Origin: Gemmatimonadota bacterium
GTDB lineage: Bacteria > Gemmatimonadota > Gemmatimonadetes > Longimicrobiales > Gaopeijiaceae
DNA length: 64,000 bases
Assembly: GCA_039589315.1 (NCBI GenBank)
Contig: JBDHHQ010000010.1
Location: forward strand, 26,939 to 90,938
Reading direction: 5' to 3'
Positions 9,599 through 18,144 of this stretch are shown here, one piece after another. A program made the position numbers and the translations under genes. Under the pieces are notes generated by a model. That model saw only the letters and a list, made by a program, of their open reading frames with translations, made no database searches and had not been told where the DNA came from. Each line of letters starts with the position of its first letter. Position 1 is the stretch's first letter.

Positions 9599-11410
9599 GT
9601 GTCATCAGGGCTCATTGACGAGTTCGTCGTCCGCGTCTCCCCGCGCGGCGACCCGGACCTCGAAGCCTCCCGACGGCTTCAACTGGAAGAGCTCGCCAGG
9701 GGAAGGCGCACGGCCGAGGTTCGGACCTCCTCGTGGCAGATTCTTCTGGCCTTCCCCAGCGACAGCGACGTCTCGACGGATCCTGCAGGGCGGGTCACCG
9801 TGCTGCTGTTCGGGGAGCTGTTCAACGACGACATGCGCGAGGCGCGGGCGGTGGCGTCCGCCTACCGGGACCGGGGCGACGCCTTCGCTCGAGACCTGAA
9901 CGGGTCGTTCACGATCGTCCTCGTGGACCCGGACGAGGATCGGGTGGCCGTGGTATCGGATCGTGCAAACTTCCGCCGAGCCTTCCACGCAGTGACGGCG
10001 AACGAGCACTGGTTCGCATCCTCGCTCTGGGACCTGCCCACACACCGATTCGAGGTGGACGCGGTGGGCGTGGCGTGGTACGTCTCCAACGGCGTCATGC
10101 ATGCGGGGCGGACGCCCTACTCGGGCATCCGCGCTCTTCGCCGGGCCTCCGTGCACGACGTACGTCCGGGAGGCATCGAAACGCGGGGATACTGGGAATA
10201 CGGGTTCGTCGTCGGCGACCGCCCCGTGGCCGACGACGTGGCCCTGGACGAGCTGTGGGAGCGTCTGGTCGCTGGCGTCCGTCGCCGCTGCCCGGGCGAC
10301 GCGGCACCCTGGCTCTCCCTCAGCGGTGGCTACGACTCGACGGCCATCGCGTTGATCCTGTCACGTGAGGCCGGGGTGGACGATGTCCGCTGTCTGTCCT
10401 ACGCCCGGGAGGGCGCCCGCCCCGACTCGGACGCCCACGCCGCCGCCCGGTTGGCCCGGACGTTGGGATACCGGCATACGACCTACGAGAGCTACCGGGG
10501 GGACCTCCTGGCCCACATCCGGGACAACGCGAGGCTGGGTGAAGGAGTCGCCCACCGGTGTGACGAGGTCGACGCCTGGACCGAGGCGGGCGCCGAGGCG
10601 GGCGCCGTGGCGGGAGGGCCCGGGCTGCCGTCGCTCTTCGTGGGTGATCACCTCCTGGGAGACGCCCCTGAGCGCCGCGAGAGGAGCCGATCCCGGAAGC
10701 CACCCGGGGGGCTCTTGTCTTTCGACAGCGTGGGTTGGCTGAGATCGGCGCTTTCGGAGGCGCTACTGCGCACGTTCGCGGAGGGAATCCGGTCCGACAT
10801 CGAGGAGCTGCGGTCCAGGAGCGCGCACCTCGGCGACCGGGCCCGCGGCTTCTTCTACCTCGATCAGCGACTCGGAGACACCGTCTTCCCGTGGCGACAG
10901 CGCTTCGCGGGTCCCGCGTTCTCGGTGCGGTGGCCGCTCATGGACAACGACGTCCTTGACTTCATGTCGTCCCTGCCGAACTCGGTGCGGGCGACGCACC
11001 TCTACCACCGGACCCTCCGAAGGGCGTTCCCGGAGGTCTACGCCCGTCCGAGAGCCACCCAGCCAGGCTACTACCTGGATCTCCCCGGCGAGATCGTGGC
11101 TCATCACGACCGTTTGCGAGCCAGGCTCCAGGAGACCACCAGCCGGCTCGACGATCTGCTCGCACCAGAAATCGGCCTGACGCTTCTCGGACGGGTGCGA
11201 CGCGGACACGGGGCGATAGGCCGCCTGGCCGAACGGGGCAGCAGGGTCCGCCGCCGCATGGCCCGGGCGTACCGCGCCTGGCGAGCCAGGGAGGACGGGG
11301 GTGGTGCGAAGTCGTCCGTGCCCGAAACGCTGCGCCGCCTCATGATCCTTCGGGAGGCCCTGGGACCGTCGAGCGCGAGTCGTCATCAAGGGGTGGAGCC
11401 CTCGTCCTGA
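9599..11410 (+). CDS. Asparagine synthetase-related ATP-dependent amide ligase
   Basis: LNGSF, PP-loop LSGGYDS, RWPLMDNDVLDF; no N-terminal Cys; start uncertain. Confidence 0.8.
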   Translation: MSSGLIDEFVVRVSPRGDPDLEASRRLQLEELARGRRTAEVRTSSWQILLAFPSDSDVSTDPAGRVTVLLFGELFNDDMREARAVASAYRDRGDAFARDLNGSFTIVLVDPDEDRVAVVSDRANFRRAFHAVTANEHWFASSLWDLPTHRFEVDAVGVAWYVSNGVMHAGRTPYSGIRALRRASVHDVRPGGIETRGYWEYGFVVGDRPVADDVALDELWERLVAGVRRRCPGDAAPWLSLSGGYDSTAIALILSREAGVDDVRCLSYAREGARPDSDAHAAARLARTLGYRHTTYESYRGDLLAHIRDNARLGEGVAHRCDEVDAWTEAGAEAGAVAGGPGLPSLFVGDHLLGDAPERRERSRSRKPPGGLLSFDSVGWLRSALSEALLRTFAEGIRSDIEELRSRSAHLGDRARGFFYLDQRLGDTVFPWRQRFAGPAFSVRWPLMDNDVLDFMSSLPNSVRATHLYHRTLRRAFPEVYARPRATQPGYYLDLPGEIVAHHDRLRARLQETTSRLDDLLAPEIGLTLLGRVRRGHGAIGRLAERGSRVRRRMARAYRAWRAREDGGGAKSSVPETLRRLMILREALGPSSASRHQGVEPSS

Positions 11411-11535
11411 GCTCGGCGCTTCCATCAGGGTTGATCCGGGCACCGCGTCTGCCCCAACGTGGAAGGGACGACCGAGCCACCGAGTCGCCCGACACGGCTT
11501 CAGGCCACGAGGGTTGATCCGCAACCCCGGTCCCC

Positions 11536-13482
11536 ATGGCCATTCGAATACGAACGCTTGGGACACTCCAGATCTACCGCGACGGGGAGGAGCTGAGCGA
11601 GCTGCTCTCCCAGAAGCTCCGGTGTGCGCTGCTGCTCTGTCTGTCCCTGGACGGTCCGGTCACGCGCGACGAGCTTCTGCCGCTGCTATGGCCGGACCGG
11701 AGCGCGGACCGGGCGCGACATTCCCTGAGTCAGGCCCTTTACGGGCTGCGGCAGGATCTGGGGAGCGATTGGCTTCAGACTCGAGGAGACCACCTCTCCG
11801 TCTCCGGTGACGTCGTCGTCGACGTACTCGCCGTCCGCAACGCGATGGAGCGGGGAGCGTTCGACGAAGCGCTGCGACAATACGAAGGACCCTTCCTGGC
11901 CGGTGTTCATCTCGTCGGCGGCAACGAGTTCGAAACCTGGACGGACCGATGGCGGGACCGCCTCCGACGCTGGCACCGCCAGGCCCTCAGCGAGGCGGTC
12001 CGGTCTCACCGTGCCGCCCGCCGGCTGGAGGAGGCGCTGCTCATGGCTCGCCAGTGGGTCGAGCAGGAACCCCTGGACGACGAGGCGCAGCACATTCTCA
12101 TCGAGCTCCTGGGGGAGGCGGGCCGTCGCAGTGAGGCCCTCCGACAATACGAGCACTACGCGGATCTGCTCGCCTCGGAGCTCGATGTCGAGCCACTCGA
12201 GCAGACCCGTGCGCTGGTGGCGCGGATCCGTGAAGGCGTCACCGGGCAGCCCCCCGGCGATGAGGCGCCGGGTACACCGCCCACCCGGCCCGCAGGCTCT
12301 CCCGCGGGTCAGTGGACCGAGAAGCAGCTCGCACAGGAGCTGGCTCCACAGTTGGAGATCGTTCGGCTCCTGGGACGAGGGGCCATGGCCAGCGTGTTCC
12401 TGGCGCGAGAGCCCGCGCTGGGCAGGCTCGTGGCAGTCAAGGTCCTCCGGCCCGAGCTGTCCGAGGACACGACCTCCCGCCTCCGCTTCGAGCGGGAGGC
12501 GCGGTCGGCGGCACGAATCTCCCACCCCAACGTCGTCACGATCTACTATGCGGGAGCCCTTTCCTCAGGGGCACCCTACATCGTCATGGAGTACATCCAC
12601 GGACGGACCCTATCCGAGCACGCCGCCGCTACCGGTGGCCTCGAGGCCAGTGAGGTGCGACGCATCGTGGCGGAGGTCGCCTCCGGCCTCGCGGCCGCCC
12701 ACGAGAAGCACGTCGTCCACCGGGACGTGAGGCCCGCCAACGTGCTCATCGAGGAACGGTCCGGAAAGGCGTTCCTGACCGACTTCGGCGTTGCTGCCAT
12801 CCTGACCACCGGCGAGGACACGGGCCCCCGCCTCACCAAATCCGGGGAGATCGTGGGCAACCCCATGTATGTGAGTCCCGAGCAGTTCGCCGGTGCCCGG
12901 GGCACCGAGCAGGCGGACATCTACAGTCTGGGCATGCTCTCGTACGAGATCCTCGTGGGCGAGGGCGGGTCCAACCCGCTGGCGGTGGCACAGCTCCGAG
13001 GCGCGAACCAGCGGATCACCGACGTCCGCGGCGACGTGGACGAGGCCACCGACGCGCTGGTCGAGCGGTGCCTTTCGGGCCGGCCCGAGCTCCGTCCAAC
13101 GGCCCAGGACGTGGCCAACGAGCTCAGGAGCGATCCCACACCGAGAGTGGTCCCGCCGCCCCCTCCGGTGCCGGCTACCTACGGCGGTCTGCTGGGCGCC
13201 TTGCTGGAACGGAGGATCTTCCAGGCCGTCGGTGCCTATGTCGCCGCTTCCTGGCTGACCATCGAGGCGACGGACCTCCTCACCGAGCCGCCGATCCTCG
13301 AGGTCCCCTGGTTCCCGCTGGTCCTCGTCACCCTCTCCCTGGGTCTAGTGGGGGTGGCGGTGGTCGCGTGGTTTCACGGCCAGAAGGGCCCGCAATCCGT
13401 CCCCCGTCGGGAGGTGTGGATCCTGGGCTCGCTCACCGTGGTCTGGCTGATCACCAGCCTCGTGTTGCTGGCCCGCATCTGA
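11536..13482 (+). CDS. BTAD/SARP-like domain fused to Ser/Thr kinase and C-terminal membrane helices
   Basis: IRTLG, LLWP, YEGPFL, EPLDDEA (BTAD); GRGAMA, VAVK, HRDVRPANV, DFG (kinase); hydrophobic tail. Confidence 0.9.
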   Translation: MAIRIRTLGTLQIYRDGEELSELLSQKLRCALLLCLSLDGPVTRDELLPLLWPDRSADRARHSLSQALYGLRQDLGSDWLQTRGDHLSVSGDVVVDVLAVRNAMERGAFDEALRQYEGPFLAGVHLVGGNEFETWTDRWRDRLRRWHRQALSEAVRSHRAARRLEEALLMARQWVEQEPLDDEAQHILIELLGEAGRRSEALRQYEHYADLLASELDVEPLEQTRALVARIREGVTGQPPGDEAPGTPPTRPAGSPAGQWTEKQLAQELAPQLEIVRLLGRGAMASVFLAREPALGRLVAVKVLRPELSEDTTSRLRFEREARSAARISHPNVVTIYYAGALSSGAPYIVMEYIHGRTLSEHAAATGGLEASEVRRIVAEVASGLAAAHEKHVVHRDVRPANVLIEERSGKAFLTDFGVAAILTTGEDTGPRLTKSGEIVGNPMYVSPEQFAGARGTEQADIYSLGMLSYEILVGEGGSNPLAVAQLRGANQRITDVRGDVDEATDALVERCLSGRPELRPTAQDVANELRSDPTPRVVPPPPPVPATYGGLLGALLERRIFQAVGAYVAASWLTIEATDLLTEPPILEVPWFPLVLVTLSLGLVGVAVVAWFHGQKGPQSVPRREVWILGSLTVVWLITSLVLLARI

Positions 13483-13602
13483 GGCCGTCACGGCCCGGAG
13501 CTGTTTCCACGGATGGCGCCTGGCCGTAGTCTCTCACGGTGCCTCACCGGGGCCGGCGCTTGTCACGGGTCGTGACGGCGCTTCAGATTCGTAGGTTCGG
13601 GG

Positions 13603-14367
13603 GTGCCCGGGAGGCACCCCGGACCCGGATTCTCCTGGGAGAAGTTCGTGCTCCGAGCGATTATCGCCCTCGGCTTCCTCGTCGTCTCCACCCTGATGAT
13701 CTGGGGTGCGTTCATCGTGGGCGCCGACTCCGACGAGGGATCTCTGTTCATCAACCTGGGAACCGAGATCTTCGGGATTCTGATCACCGTCGCCCTGGTC
13801 GAGTGGCTTTTCGAGCGGAGGCGGCTCCAGGACCGGGGCCGCGAGCTGGCGTGGAATGTGTTCCACTCCCTGGAGCGCGCTGTCTGGGTCTGGCAGGGCG
13901 GTCCGATCCAAATGGGCACCGACTCCTTGCTCGGGCTGATCCACGGGATCGGCAAGACCGATCCCCTTCCCAGATTCACCCGCACCCTACTGGTCAACCT
14001 CGGAAGCCAGAGCCGCGAGGCCCTGGACAAGGAAGCTCCGGCGATCCGCCTCCTGCCGGGTATGGAGCCCGCCCTGGAGGATCTGACCAGCCTTCGCTCG
14101 CTTTCCGACGGGGATTCCGCGGTCTCGATCCGCATGGTGACCGAGGTCCTGGAATCGGCGACCACCGGGCTCGGTCAGGTCCTTCACCTGTCAACGCAGC
14201 CGATCCCGGCCGCCCTCATTCGGTACCGGGATTCGACGGAGCGAGCACAGGAGGAGCGCTACTACGCGGGGAAGAGCTGGACTCCCAAGGCCGAGGGCCG
14301 GGGCGAGTCGGGGGTCGCGGGCAGCCAGGCCCCCGCTCCGTCCTCGGATCGACCGAGCACCGCGTAG
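13603..14367 (+). CDS. Hypothetical membrane protein
   Basis: Two N-terminal hydrophobic helices then soluble domain; fills the gap with coding-like codon use; start uncertain. Confidence 0.75.
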   Translation: MPGRHPGPGFSWEKFVLRAIIALGFLVVSTLMIWGAFIVGADSDEGSLFINLGTEIFGILITVALVEWLFERRRLQDRGRELAWNVFHSLERAVWVWQGGPIQMGTDSLLGLIHGIGKTDPLPRFTRTLLVNLGSQSREALDKEAPAIRLLPGMEPALEDLTSLRSLSDGDSAVSIRMVTEVLESATTGLGQVLHLSTQPIPAALIRYRDSTERAQEERYYAGKSWTPKAEGRGESGVAGSQAPAPSSDRPSTA

Positions 14368-14387
14368 CCCGGCTCGACCGCCGCACC

Positions 14388-15368
14388 CTAGGCGGCTTCG
14401 AGCTCCCGCCCCCACGCGGCGAGCGCGCGCTCGAAGTATCCCGGATTGAAGAGGAACCACTCGCCCAGGTCGGCCGGAAGGCGGAACTCGTCCGCCGCTG
14501 CGGAGGAGGGTACGCCGCGCTCGAAGGCCCGCCGTGCGCTGGATTCCACGTGGTCGAGGACTGCGATGTACCTGTCGAGAGCATCCTGATCGGCCAGCGG
14601 CCCGTGGCCCGGCACGTAGACCGTGTTCCGCTCACGACGAAGACCTCGCACGGAGGCCGACAGGAGTGAGGGCACCGCGTCCACGTAGTTGGGGAACATC
14701 TCATTCCACACCAGGTCGCCGCAGAAGACGATGCTCGGATCCACCAGCTCCACGGTCACGTCGCTGGCGGTGTGGCCGGATCGGGGGATCACGCGAACCG
14801 CGCGCCCTCCCAGGTCCAGCGAGGTCTCCTGGCGGGGATCGAGTGGCTCCGCGCCGGCCAGGATATCGGCCCGAGCACGGGGGACACGACCTTCCCCGCG
14901 CGCGTCGGCAGCTCGAATCAGCCCGACGGTGACCTCGCTCAGGTGGAACCCGGGCCGCTCGTCCGCGTCCCCCCCCGAGCCCTCCAACCCGCCGGAGTGA
15001 TCTCCATGGTAGTGGGTGACGACCACATGGGTCGGCCACCTCCCGGCCAGCCGACGGGCCTGCTCGGCCATCCAGCGGGCACCCTGGTCGCTGGCGAAGC
15101 TCTCGATGACGAGAAGGCCGTCTTGCCCCGCGACGATGCCACCGTTGCACAGGGTCGTCCGGTCGTCGAGCGGGGTGGAGACCAGCGCCCAGATACCGTC
15201 GGCCAACCTTTCGAGTCGGCCCCAGGGCTCCTGCGCGACCAGGGTCCCCAGGGGCTGACGGGCGAAGAGACTCCTGGCGGCCTCTCGACGACCGGAGGCC
15301 ATCAGGCCCAGGTGAGCCAGGCAGGAGGCCCCCGTTGCGAGGAAGGCCCGGCGCCCCATAGTGAACAT
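14388..15368 (-). CDS. MBL-fold metallo-hydrolase with Tat-like signal
   Basis: GRRAFL, THYHGDHSGG, GHT, GDL, PGHG. Confidence 0.9.
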   Translation of the reverse strand: MFTMGRRAFLATGASCLAHLGLMASGRREAARSLFARQPLGTLVAQEPWGRLERLADGIWALVSTPLDDRTTLCNGGIVAGQDGLLVIESFASDQGARWMAEQARRLAGRWPTHVVVTHYHGDHSGGLEGSGGDADERPGFHLSEVTVGLIRAADARGEGRVPRARADILAGAEPLDPRQETSLDLGGRAVRVIPRSGHTASDVTVELVDPSIVFCGDLVWNEMFPNYVDAVPSLLSASVRGLRRERNTVYVPGHGPLADQDALDRYIAVLDHVESSARRAFERGVPSSAAADEFRLPADLGEWFLFNPGYFERALAAWGRELEAA

Positions 15369-15443
15369 GATGACCCTCCCGTGCGTACCGATTCTCGGAG
15401 CTGAGTCTCATCCGAGGAGCCACCGTAACGTTGGAGGAGCCAA

Positions 15444-15941
15444 ATGACCAACCGCGCCGGCTCGTCGCATGCGAGCGAAGGTCCCCGCTTCGCCGCGAAG
15501 CGTGACTGGTGGGTTTCTCTTCTGCTCTGGGTCGCCGTAGCGACGATGGTCGGGGCGAGCTGGATGGTGCTGGGGGACCCGGACGCGGACCCCGCCGCAC
15601 GGATCGGCATGTTGGCGACGTCGGTGGGAAGCGTGGCCTTCGTCCTCTGGCTCCTCTACGGGACCTACTACGGCTTTCGGGAGGGAGAGCTGTATGCCCG
15701 CGCCGGCCCCTTCCGCTGGCGCGTCCCGCTCCAATCCATCGACGAGGTGCGGCCCAGCCACAACCCCCTGTCCGCCCCGGCTCCCTCACTGGATCGGCTG
15801 GCGGTCCGGTACCGGAACGGACGCCGGCTCCTGCTCATCTCCCCAGCGGACAAAGCCGCTTTTCTGAGGGCCCTGGTCGCGAGGGCACCCCACCTGGGTA
15901 TCGAAGGCGACCGAGCCGTGAGGGTGGGGACGGACCCCTGA
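15444..15941 (+). CDS. Membrane protein with bacterial PH domain
   Basis: Two TM helices then SAPAPSLDRL..ISP motif. Confidence 0.8.
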   Translation: MTNRAGSSHASEGPRFAAKRDWWVSLLLWVAVATMVGASWMVLGDPDADPAARIGMLATSVGSVAFVLWLLYGTYYGFREGELYARAGPFRWRVPLQSIDEVRPSHNPLSAPAPSLDRLAVRYRNGRRLLLISPADKAAFLRALVARAPHLGIEGDRAVRVGTDP

Positions 15942-15992
15942 GCCCGGCCCCGCCCCGGAGCCTCGGGGCGGCCCCAAGTGCCCGGCGCATGG

Positions 15993-17948
15993 CTAGGCCC
16001 GGGGCACGGGGACCTCGACGCGAAAGCCCGGGAAGGGACCGCGAGGCGCGACCTCCACCCGAAGCGGTGTCTGGGGATCCAGCTCTTCGGGCAAGAGGAC
16101 GTCGATGCCCCACGCCCGCGTCGTGGGAATCAGCTCGATGCCGGGCCTGAACTCGCGGACGAGCACGTCGGGGTGTCGGTCGTCGAAGTCCCGGCCTTCT
16201 ACCTCGATGGCCCGCCACACGGCACCATCCTGTCGCGTCACGAGGGCGAAGAAGCTCTCCGCGAAGGTGAGGCGCACCGACGCTGGCATCCGCCACCGGA
16301 TCTCTACCCGCCGGTCCTTGCGCGTGACGGCGGGGTCCAGTGGCCCGAGCGCGGGACCGTCGGAGACATCCGTGAACGCCCGTATGCGAGCGCCCACGTC
16401 GAACTCCACGGCGGCTCCATGTCCGGGGTTCGGCACGGGGCCCGTGGCCAGGCGCAGAATCCGCGCCTCCAGGTGACGGGCCGAGTTCCTGCCGTATAAC
16501 GTCGATGACCCCTCGTAGTGCTGCAGCCAATACTCCTGCTCCGTCGCGAAGTAACCGCCGTAGCTGCCGGCGTATCCGAGGATCATGGCGGTGTCGGCGC
16601 CGGTGGCGTCCAGGAGGGCGCGTTCGATCCGGGACGCCGTGGTGGCGGTCGGCTCTCCGGGCACGGTGGCCAGGATGTGCCCACCCACGCGGAGCACGTG
16701 AAGCGGTAGCCGATCGCACGGTTGCAGGCCCACGAGAAAGCCCAGGAGCTCCTGGAGCACCCCCAGTGCCCGGACCTTGGGGTACTGCGGGTGGTCCTCT
16801 TCGAAATGGTCTCCAGGCATGCCTTCCCGGACGAGGCCCAGGTCATAGAAGAGCGTGCGGCTCTCCTCCGACCCGCCGATGGTGGGCGCGCCGTAATCCC
16901 AGTCCTTCGCCAGGACCGTGTCCGCTCGGCCGCCCACGGTCCGCTCGCGGACCGACCGATCCTCGAACCGCATCTCCAGGTCGAAGGGCTCGGAAGCATC
17001 CCTGGCCCGACCCACCGCCTCGGCTACCGCGTCGCCCACCCGCTCCCCGAGGCTACGTGCCAACTCCACGCCCCGCCCACCGGGTGAGAGGGTGTTGGCC
17101 GTCACGTCGCCCGCTCCCGAGAGGCCGACGGCCACGACGGGCTCCGCACCGTCCTGGGAGAGGGTCAGGCGGGCACTGCGCACGGCCCACCCCGGCCAGT
17201 CGGCGCAGAACACGTCCCCGCCCGGCCCCAGTGCGGTGCTGTGACAGCCGAACGTCGCGAGGACGCCGATGGTGCTGTCGTCGTCCGCGCTGAACGCCGC
17301 CAAGGCGGTGACTCGGGGATCGACGGCACGCTCTTGCGGAGATAGCCCATCCGGAGCACCCTGCCCCGGCCGATCCGGCAGCCACCAGGTCGAGGAGTCG
17401 CTGTTCGCGTGGAACGGCTCCAGACTCCGGTTGCGGGACACCTGCCAGAGCTCGGTCACTCCGACCCCGAGCTTGGCGGGTCGAGCCGCTGCGGCCGCAG
17501 CGCCGATGGCAGCCGCGAAACGCGACGAGACCCAGTTGGCGAATCCCTCGTCGAAGCCCTGAGCGACCTGCCCGGTCGTGTCGTAAAGGGTGTTGCCGTA
17601 GAAGTTGCCAGGGCCCGTATGGGTGTGCGTGCCGGCCAGGATCAGCCGATCCGTGGTGATCCCACAGGTGGTGGCGGTTTCGAGGGCGGTGCGCTCCAGA
17701 AGGAATCGGGACCCGGAGTGGAGGTCGGCCACCACGATGGCGGCCCGGTGACCCTGCGCGTCCTCGAGGAAGAGGACCCGTGCCCACAGGCGTCCCCTGT
17801 AGCCCCGGGCCCGCTTCCCCTCGGTGGAATAGCCCGCCATGGCCAGGTCCAGGGATGGCGTGATGTCGACCTCGGCCGCCCCCGCCCGGCACACTCCGGT
17901 GGGATCCGTGGAGCGCGGCGCTGGTCGGGTGAAGCGGATGATGGCCAT
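15993..17948 (-). CDS. Neutral/alkaline ceramidase family
   Basis: MAGY, GTHTHTGP, NRS, CHST, GDV, PGEPT, EYWLQHYEGSSTLYG. Confidence 0.9.
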   Translation of the reverse strand: MAIIRFTRPAPRSTDPTGVCRAGAAEVDITPSLDLAMAGYSTEGKRARGYRGRLWARVLFLEDAQGHRAAIVVADLHSGSRFLLERTALETATTCGITTDRLILAGTHTHTGPGNFYGNTLYDTTGQVAQGFDEGFANWVSSRFAAAIGAAAAAARPAKLGVGVTELWQVSRNRSLEPFHANSDSSTWWLPDRPGQGAPDGLSPQERAVDPRVTALAAFSADDDSTIGVLATFGCHSTALGPGGDVFCADWPGWAVRSARLTLSQDGAEPVVAVGLSGAGDVTANTLSPGGRGVELARSLGERVGDAVAEAVGRARDASEPFDLEMRFEDRSVRERTVGGRADTVLAKDWDYGAPTIGGSEESRTLFYDLGLVREGMPGDHFEEDHPQYPKVRALGVLQELLGFLVGLQPCDRLPLHVLRVGGHILATVPGEPTATTASRIERALLDATGADTAMILGYAGSYGGYFATEQEYWLQHYEGSSTLYGRNSARHLEARILRLATGPVPNPGHGAAVEFDVGARIRAFTDVSDGPALGPLDPAVTRKDRRVEIRWRMPASVRLTFAESFFALVTRQDGAVWRAIEVEGRDFDDRHPDVLVREFRPGIELIPTTRAWGIDVLLPEELDPQTPLRVEVAPRGPFPGFRVEVPVPRA

Positions 17949-18144
17949 GGAGACCCCCTGACAGTGCGGCGGCGAACGCGGGGCTCGAGGCGGGCTCGGC
18001 CTCGGGCGGGGGGGTGTCGCCAGACTACGAGGTCACGGCATCGCCGGCCAGCCCGCGTCACCTGTCGCGCGTCACCCCGGGACCGGGGGCACGGCGAGGG
18101 GGCACCCACCGCCCCCGGGTGGGTGCCCCACCACGCTGCTGTCC

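Noticed and set aside
9381..9618. Possible lasso/RiPP precursor next to the asparagine-synthetase-like gene
   Set aside because: Short ORFs lack a lasso leader pattern and no B1/B2 (RRE/peptidase) genes are present
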